A stretch of DNA of 32,000 bases from Candidatus Saccharimonas aalborgensis (GTDB lineage: Bacteria > Patescibacteriota > Saccharimonadia > Saccharimonadales > Saccharimonadaceae), in the NCBI RefSeq assembly GCF_000392435.1, contig NC_021219.1:570001-602000 (forward strand). Direction: 5' to 3'. Made by a program: the position numbers and the translations under genes. The notes under the pieces are model-generated. The model had not been told where the DNA came from, did not search any database, and saw only the letters and a list, made by a program, of their open reading frames with translations. Below are positions 26,294-32,000 of this stretch, one piece after another (positions within the stretch are counted from its first letter, which is position 1; the number at the start of each line of letters is the position of its first letter).

Positions 26294-27259
26294 ATGACCC
26301 CTCGTTTCTCACGACACTGGTATCGTTTCCGACCTCACCTGAGGCATCGGCATCATCATTATGGCGAATATAAGCGTCGTGACTCGGCGCAAGACACGGT
26401 GCACTTACGTATCCCCAAGCAAGTTAATTTCGTTTGTAACAGTACGGACTTTTTTGACTGTGCCGAGGAGGAAGTGGCCTCGCGTCTGCAGCGACGTCCG
26501 GAGCTACATGATCTTGACCGCGACATTGACCGACTCAAAAAAAGATTTGAACGTACTAAGCAACCGCACGATGGCCTCGTGGCGCTCTTGTCACAGGTAC
26601 CGCGAGCAGTTTTGGCGCAACTACAGATGGATCAGTTCCCGCATGGCTATCGAAACAAGCGCGAACGACTTTATGAGTTGATTGATTTCAATGACACAAT
26701 GGTAAATACAATCCTTGTACTGACCGATACGCTGCGCGATCAGTTTTCGGCACGAACTAAGCAAGCAGCCGATCGTATCTGCAAACGAGTTGGTGCGCCA
26801 TGTTTTACCAACGAGCAATGGACGGCGATCATCCGTGGACTGACTCGAGAAGTAGCGGTCTATCAGGCGGCCGTCGACAACGGATTTTCGGCCTGGATGA
26901 CCGATCGCTCTCAAGATGCACTTGGTATCGATATGCAAGTCCAGGACCCAGAAACCAAACGCTATCTCAATATCGATGTAAAAACCCCCAGCTCATTTCG
27001 TCACCGTATGGAACAGTTGGTCCATGAGGGACGGCTAACTGAGCGGCAACTCCTAGAGGGTGACCGGCAGAACTATATTGTTGAGCTAAACGGCCATGGT
27101 ACGCAGCGGGTGGCAATCGTCGTGTTGTGCATCTTGCCAGATAAGTTTGGTGAGCTTGCCGAGTGGCGATTTATTGATTCAACGAAGATGAGAGACATGC
27201 TTGTACATCTCCTAAGAGAGCATGGATTGACCGATAATCGCTATGGGAGAATGTTTTAA
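26294..27259 (+). CDS. Conserved-looking hypothetical protein with possible PD-(D/E)XK-like segment
   Basis: GIDMQVQDPETKRYLNIDVKTPS ... RMEQL pattern; otherwise no recognised domain. Confidence 0.6.
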   Translation: MTPRFSRHWYRFRPHLRHRHHHYGEYKRRDSAQDTVHLRIPKQVNFVCNSTDFFDCAEEEVASRLQRRPELHDLDRDIDRLKKRFERTKQPHDGLVALLSQVPRAVLAQLQMDQFPHGYRNKRERLYELIDFNDTMVNTILVLTDTLRDQFSARTKQAADRICKRVGAPCFTNEQWTAIIRGLTREVAVYQAAVDNGFSAWMTDRSQDALGIDMQVQDPETKRYLNIDVKTPSSFRHRMEQLVHEGRLTERQLLEGDRQNYIVELNGHGTQRVAIVVLCILPDKFGELAEWRFIDSTKMRDMLVHLLREHGLTDNRYGRMF

Positions 27260-27357
27260 AAAAGGTAAATTGTACTTGCATAAGCCTAAGCACAGGCGTA
27301 TTACTATGAATAGGCTTTTGATCGTATAACATACAAAGTCTAACAAAAAGGGTATAT

Positions 27358-28128
27358 ATGGGAACACGAGAGGGTGAGCTACGTAGCAGTAGCTCGTGGA
27401 ACCCAGCCGCAGAATTAGCAAGACGTATGGTCGATGAACCATATGAAGCGGCGCTTTCTGGCGTGTCAGAGACCGCGGCGCTTGACCCGCGCGACATTAG
27501 TTCTCCCTTGCTTCGCCAATATGACGAGATAAAGATGTTGTGGATGGGACATCCCAACCGAGAGCGTCGGCTAAGGGGTGAGCATCCCTGGATCAAGCGA
27601 GAGGTAGCTGACAATTATGCCGAGTATCGTATCCCTATTTTTTCAGGTTTTTCCTACGAAGAGGGAGAGGATCCACTGCTACTCCAAGTCAGTGCCGATA
27701 CCCACCGCCAAGATGGACAGCCGCTCCGCTTTTTGGTTGCTGAGCACAACCTACAAACCGGACGGTCGTTTGATCAACGGGTGTTGAGTTCATCGGTGGA
27801 CGCAGCTCGCCGATTATGGATTCAGTTGGCACCGGCAAACTATACCAATTGGTCGCCTGGCAAGCATCCCGCGCTCTTTGCTCCAAGATCAGAGCAGATT
27901 CGTATCGAAACAAGACTCAATGAACTGTACCATGCGGTTGGCTCACTCCATCTTCGTGAAGGCACTGGGGGCAGGATCATAGAGTTTCATGATATCGAGG
28001 CCCTCGAGGCGATGATTATCGCATCATTTCAGCGAGCTCACGAGAGGTGCAAAACTCAGACAGCACGGCAATTGGGGAATCGAGGGGTCAGTTACGAATT
28101 CGCGATGCCTGAAACGATTGCCGCCTAG
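27358..28128 (+). CDS. Hypothetical protein, 256 aa
   Basis: Long ORF on the coding strand; no recognised domain. Confidence 0.6.
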   Translation: MGTREGELRSSSSWNPAAELARRMVDEPYEAALSGVSETAALDPRDISSPLLRQYDEIKMLWMGHPNRERRLRGEHPWIKREVADNYAEYRIPIFSGFSYEEGEDPLLLQVSADTHRQDGQPLRFLVAEHNLQTGRSFDQRVLSSSVDAARRLWIQLAPANYTNWSPGKHPALFAPRSEQIRIETRLNELYHAVGSLHLREGTGGRIIEFHDIEALEAMIIASFQRAHERCKTQTARQLGNRGVSYEFAMPETIAA

Positions 28129-28168
28129 AGATAAAATAATTGACTTTTGTAGAGGATAGTGGTATCAT

Positions 28169-28780
28169 ATGAAAAGAATGTACAGAGGAAGTGGACCAAA
28201 AATATTCCCGATTATCGTTGTGGTCATTGTGATCGCATTATTGATTGCGGCACTTGTTACTGTTGGAAGGATGCTCTTTGCGGGTAACTCTACGACTCAG
28301 GTGCCCCAAGTTACGAGCTCTATACGAAATGAGGTGCTGGACACCGGTACAACTAGGGGTGTTCGCTATACCGTACGTGGACCAATTGTAGCCGACGAAA
28401 AGTTCCGCTCGTATCAGATTACTGTGACGCCATCGAGCCGCGTTTACGTAGAGTATGTGGGCTATCTTGAGAGGGAAGTGCGGCGAGAAACCTTTGCCAA
28501 CAATATGCAAGCATACGAACAATTTGTCTATGCACTCGATAAAGCGGACATCAGTGTAGCTCGAGATGTAACAGGCGGAGATGACATGAGGGGCGTATGC
28601 GCTACCAATGGGTATCTCTACGTCTTTGAGACACTTGCTGGTAATACTGCCTCCAAAACACTTTGGACATCAACCTGCGGTGGATCACCTGGTTCGATGG
28701 GGGCCCCAGTTGCTCGCGTGCATGCACTATTTCGAAATCAAATACCTGATTTTACGCCCATTTTTGATAAGACACAGTAA
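28169..28780 (+). CDS. Hypothetical single-pass membrane protein; real start may be ATG 28178
   Basis: N-terminal TM IFPIIVVVIVIALLIAALVTVG followed by a soluble domain. TTGACT-N17-TATCAT ends at 28168, directly abutting the first ATG. Confidence 0.7.
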   Translation: MKRMYRGSGPKIFPIIVVVIVIALLIAALVTVGRMLFAGNSTTQVPQVTSSIRNEVLDTGTTRGVRYTVRGPIVADEKFRSYQITVTPSSRVYVEYVGYLEREVRRETFANNMQAYEQFVYALDKADISVARDVTGGDDMRGVCATNGYLYVFETLAGNTASKTLWTSTCGGSPGSMGAPVARVHALFRNQIPDFTPIFDKTQ

Positions 28781-28810
28781 GCACCCTTTATTTCGGGGTA
28801 TACTAGAGAG

Positions 28811-29386
28811 ATGATACGAGGTATTATCTTTGATTGTTTCGGTGTTCTCTATGAGGGGAGCATTTCTATGTTGCGCCGGATTTGTCCGCCCGAGAAACTT
28901 GACGAACTCAATGACCTCAACAAACAGACGGACTATGGCTACATTACGACAGATGAGTATATCGAGGGATTAGCAAGATTACTCGGAAAGTCGAGTGATG
29001 AAGTTGCTTCACTTGTCTCTCATTCGCACGTTCGCAACCAACCGCTTATCGACGAAGTACAACGCCTTAAAGGTGAGGGGTATGTGCTCGCGATGCTGAG
29101 TAATGTAGGTAATGATAGTATTGAAAGGCTTTTTCCTGCCGATCAGCTTAGTGAGCTATTCGATGTTGTTGTCCTTAGTTACAAAGAATATATGGTGAAG
29201 CCGCATCCCGCCATCTTTACAACGACTGCTGAACGGATGGGCCTCTCCCCAGGGCAATGTGTTATGATAGACGACTTGGCCACAAACTGTGAGGGTGCAG
29301 AGGTGGCGGGGATGATCTCGATCCAGCACACGAGTAACGACACTACTCGAGAATTGTTGCGTAAAATACTACACCACAGTGATTGA
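28811..29386 (+). CDS. HAD-superfamily hydrolase
   Basis: GIIFDCFGVLYEG (motif I), LAMLSNVG (motif II), KPHPAIFTTTAERMG (motif III), CVMIDDLATNCEGAEVAGM (motif IV). Confidence 0.88.
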   Translation: MIRGIIFDCFGVLYEGSISMLRRICPPEKLDELNDLNKQTDYGYITTDEYIEGLARLLGKSSDEVASLVSHSHVRNQPLIDEVQRLKGEGYVLAMLSNVGNDSIERLFPADQLSELFDVVVLSYKEYMVKPHPAIFTTTAERMGLSPGQCVMIDDLATNCEGAEVAGMISIQHTSNDTTRELLRKILHHSD

Positions 29387-29452
29387 CAAAAGCATAAACA
29401 ATATGCGATAATTCCCATCAGTAATACTAACGTATAGGAAACAAATACCACC

Positions 29453-30061
29453 ATGAAACAATCAATCAAATCAGCTCTCGCGATCAGCGCTGGTATGGTA
29501 GCTGTTGTTGGGGCAGTGCTCACACCAGTAGGCGTTGGCGCGGTCAGCAGCACATCAAACACCACAGTAACGGCGCAGATTCAACCAGTCATCACTATAT
29601 CATCGGGCCCAACGGTCAATATCTCGATTACGCCAAACGGTACGGGTCTGGCATCGAGCAACAGCGACACGGTGCTCGTGAGCACCAACCGTAGCACTGG
29701 CTACACGCTCAATCTCAAGGATGCTGACGCAACCACGTCACTTGGTGCCTCTATCACCGCTCACACTGGTACAGTCGCCTCGCCAACAGCACTGACCACA
29801 AACAATACCTGGGGATTTAGGGTAGACGATGCTACCGCTTATACTGGATTTACGGCGGGTCCTACCACTGCCGAGACAAACGTCGCCGCACTCACAAGTA
29901 CGAAGTGGGCAGGTATCACGGCTGCTGGAGCCAACATAAAGACGACTTCTTCGCCTGGTGCAAACAACTCAACTACTGTGTGGTACGCGGCAAAAGTAGA
30001 CACCACTATCGCTGACGGAAACTACTCAGATGTTGTCACCTATACGGCAACAACCAACTAG
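29453..30061 (+). CDS. Secreted Thr/Ser/Ala-rich surface protein
   Basis: Signal peptide MKQSIKSALAISAGMVAVVGAVLTPVGVGAVSS, then a repetitive beta-like sequence with NNTWGFRVDD. Confidence 0.75.
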   Translation: MKQSIKSALAISAGMVAVVGAVLTPVGVGAVSSTSNTTVTAQIQPVITISSGPTVNISITPNGTGLASSNSDTVLVSTNRSTGYTLNLKDADATTSLGASITAHTGTVASPTALTTNNTWGFRVDDATAYTGFTAGPTTAETNVAALTSTKWAGITAAGANIKTTSSPGANNSTTVWYAAKVDTTIADGNYSDVVTYTATTN

Positions 30062-30085
30062 TATATTTGAGTGATCGCAATAATA

Positions 30086-30112
30086 AACCGCTCCGGCTTC
30101 TGGGGCGGTTTT
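30086..30112 (+). terminator. Rho-independent terminator downstream of the secreted protein gene
   Basis: AACCGCTCC-ggcttct-GGGGCGGTT followed by TTTC. Confidence 0.8.
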
Positions 30113-30160
30113 CGTACCAGAGAGTTGTCCGCTTGTGCTTATCGAGGTATACTAGCTAAC

Positions 30161-31066
30161 ATGAGAATTACGGTATTAGCACGATGCGCACTTGTCGTGG
30201 CAGGAACATTTTTGGTAGCGAGTGCACCCCAGGCAGTCCATGCGGCGGATCAGGTAGAGAGTATCACCCTGTCTCCAACCAGTAAGAAGTATACGTTTGA
30301 TCCCGGATCAACAAAGGAAGATTCGTTTACTATCCTCAACGATGGTGAAGTGGCATACGACTTCTTAGTCTACGCAGAGCCATACTCACTTGATCCCGTA
30401 ACAAGCCAACCTATCTATCAGGGGAGTAAGGCAGCAAACGCCGATGCCAATACGTGGGTGTCCTTCGCGCAGACTAGGTGGCACATTGATCCACATCAGT
30501 CCGTACGGGTGCCGTATACAATTCGCGTCAAAGACACCGCTTCGCCCGGTGGACACTACGGGGTGATATTTGCAGAGACGCAGCCGCAATCGTCCGATAC
30601 TCAGGGTGTGTCGCTTGGACGAAAGAAGCGCGTAGGGATGATCATCTATAGTACGGTTACAGGTGATCTAAAACCGGCGGGTGCAGTTAAGCAGATTCAG
30701 ATCGACGGGTATCAGTCTCAGACGCCGCTTGAAGCATCGGTCCATATCGAGAACACAGGTAATACGGATTTTTTCCCCACCGTTAGCTACCGAGTGGAAG
30801 ATGTCTTCGGCAATACAAAATACCAAACGACAAGCTCGGACCATATCGTGCTGCCCGGTATCACTCGGACGATTCCTATGAGTTGGGATCAGGCATCGTG
30901 GTTGGGGTTCTATAAAGTCACGGTCAGTACAACGGTGTTGGGCAATACCACAACCCAGTCTTCGTACGTATTTGTCGCACCGCAGTGGTTTATTCTCCTT
31001 GTGGTAGTCTTGATAGCAACGGGTGTCGTTTATGCGATACGTAGTCACCAGACACGCCGTCGTTAG
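30161..31066 (+). CDS. Exported membrane-anchored protein resembling the DUF916/WxL-interacting type
   Basis: Signal peptide, ITLSPTSKKYTFDPGSTKEDSFTILNDG and SVRVPYTIRVKDTASPGGHYGVIFAE; C-terminal TM and Arg-rich tail. Start at MRITVLARC with TATACT 7 nt upstream. Confidence 0.7.
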   Translation: MRITVLARCALVVAGTFLVASAPQAVHAADQVESITLSPTSKKYTFDPGSTKEDSFTILNDGEVAYDFLVYAEPYSLDPVTSQPIYQGSKAANADANTWVSFAQTRWHIDPHQSVRVPYTIRVKDTASPGGHYGVIFAETQPQSSDTQGVSLGRKKRVGMIIYSTVTGDLKPAGAVKQIQIDGYQSQTPLEASVHIENTGNTDFFPTVSYRVEDVFGNTKYQTTSSDHIVLPGITRTIPMSWDQASWLGFYKVTVSTTVLGNTTTQSSYVFVAPQWFILLVVVLIATGVVYAIRSHQTRRR

Positions 31067-31850
31067 GCGCGTTGCCGTTGCTGCAGTGGTCACCATGACC
31101 CTAGTTTTGGGGGCCGCCCCTAGCTATGCTCTCACGTCAAATAGTGGCACAACCATCAATGTTGGTATTTGTGGTACCTCTGGAAGCACGCAATTGGCTA
31201 TTAGTTCTCCAGTGGCAAATTCGACTGTGTCCTCGGTCCCTGTGACGATACAAGGAGTGGTCAACCGGATATCGCAAATTTCTGTCTACCGTGATGGTCA
31301 GTATGATGGCGTCATACCGCTTAACACTGGTGCAACTACGTTTAGTTACATTGCGACTATGACGGCCGGTAGTCACGTGTTTCGATTTGAGGGTGTCGAT
31401 ATTTGTCAGCAGACAACACCTGTTGCTGAGATAACGATTACCTATGATCAAGCTGTTATTATCACGCACCCATCAACTCCCGGGACAGCATCGAACCCTG
31501 GTACTACGACACCAGTGACTGGGCCGGGTATCACTGAGTTTTTAGAAGGCCTTCCGCCGATAAAAATTATTTCCGATGGGTTCTATAAGCTGCTGGTGTG
31601 GTTGGATTTTGCATCACCGACCTCCTTTAGCTCTGTACCACGGATGGCCCAGCGCTTTACAGGAATGACTGTTGGACTCGCACTACTATTTTTGGCGCGC
31701 CCGCTCCTCGATGGTTATCGCTATGTTCGTTACGTAAAACTTGGTTGGCGCGCCCGTCCATTGCCGCTAGTCCTCCGTAGCCATCCCCTGGTTCTCCTGC
31801 GTATCTCCGGACTTATCATTATCACTATCGTCATTCTATTTCTCGCATAA
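31032..31850 (+). CDS. Exported protein with one extracellular beta domain and C-terminal TM segments
   Basis: Signal peptide RRVAVAAVVTMTLVLGAAPSYA; ISSPVANSTVSSVPVTIQGVV (Ig-like); Thr/Pro linker; two TMs. Overlaps the preceding gene. Confidence 0.7.
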   Translation: MRYVVTRHAVVRRVAVAAVVTMTLVLGAAPSYALTSNSGTTINVGICGTSGSTQLAISSPVANSTVSSVPVTIQGVVNRISQISVYRDGQYDGVIPLNTGATTFSYIATMTAGSHVFRFEGVDICQQTTPVAEITITYDQAVIITHPSTPGTASNPGTTTPVTGPGITEFLEGLPPIKIISDGFYKLLVWLDFASPTSFSSVPRMAQRFTGMTVGLALLFLARPLLDGYRYVRYVKLGWRARPLPLVLRSHPLVLLRISGLIIITIVILFLA

Positions 31851-31877
31851 GTTTGTCTCTGATATACTGAGAAAAGC

Positions 31878-32000
31878 ATGAGGGTATCTGTGAGGAACGT
31901 AGGTGTGCTGCTACTTGCCATTATGATAGGCGGTAGTTTTGTTAGCACAGTGAGAGCTGATCGATATAGCTCGTCTCATTATGTGATTGATGCCAGTGTC
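31878..32000 (+). CDS. Start of another exported protein, truncated by the right edge (MRVSVRNVGVLLLAIMIGGSFVSTVRADRYSSSHYVIDASV...)
   Basis: Signal peptide read directly; TATACT at 31863-31868. Confidence 0.6.
   Translation, partial: MRVSVRNVGVLLLAIMIGGSFVSTVRADRYSSSHYVIDASV

Noticed and set aside
28811-28850. HAD motif I reading DCFG instead of DxD as evidence of an inactive or novel enzyme
   Set aside because: DxG/DxF variants of motif I are known in YihX-like HAD proteins; not enough to claim novelty.
1-32000. CRISPR arrays, tRNA or rRNA genes, transposases, integrases, toxin-antitoxin or phage defence modules
   Set aside because: Looked for repeats with regular spacing, cloverleaf/CCA signatures, transposase motifs and small paired genes; found none. 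The MazG protein here is the nucleotide pyrophosphohydrolase type, not the MazEF toxin-antitoxin.

Overview
This window is a compact, mostly housekeeping bacterial region. Its gene content and protein style suggest a Patescibacteria/Saccharibacteria-like genome, but that is inference and was not tested. From left to right it encodes: the 3' part of a class I ribonucleotide reductase alpha gene; a 57-aa ORF ending in CDGCE; RNR beta with a class Ic-like active site (Glu and Phe where E. coli has Asp and Tyr); an Nramp/MntH transporter; CcdA plus an anchored thioredoxin-like protein; PyrG; ArgS; an arginine block (ArgH, ArgG, GNAT, M20 peptidase, ArcA); MscL; a CapA-like protein; Orn; a YjbR-like protein; a DnaG lacking the zinc-ligand Cys/His; the primary sigma factor; a P-loop kinase; PolA; a peptide deformylase; a divergent MazG/dUTPase pair; an FMN-barrel protein; a hypothetical protein with a weak PD-(D/E)XK-like pattern; a HAD hydrolase; and a cluster of secreted or membrane surface proteins at the right edge. 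The strongest leads are: (1) an RNR alpha chain whose C-terminal redox cysteines appear to be on a separate small ORF, next to a putative Mn/Fe-type beta and a Mn transporter; (2) a recurring TATAAT-like box 6-7 nt upstream of start codons, suggesting widespread leaderless transcription, including overlapping divergent -10 boxes between mazG and dut; (3) mutually exclusive RNA pairings in the Arg-codon-containing argG leader; (4) a possible WxL/DUF916-like surface module. I saw no tRNA, rRNA, CRISPR array or mobile element.
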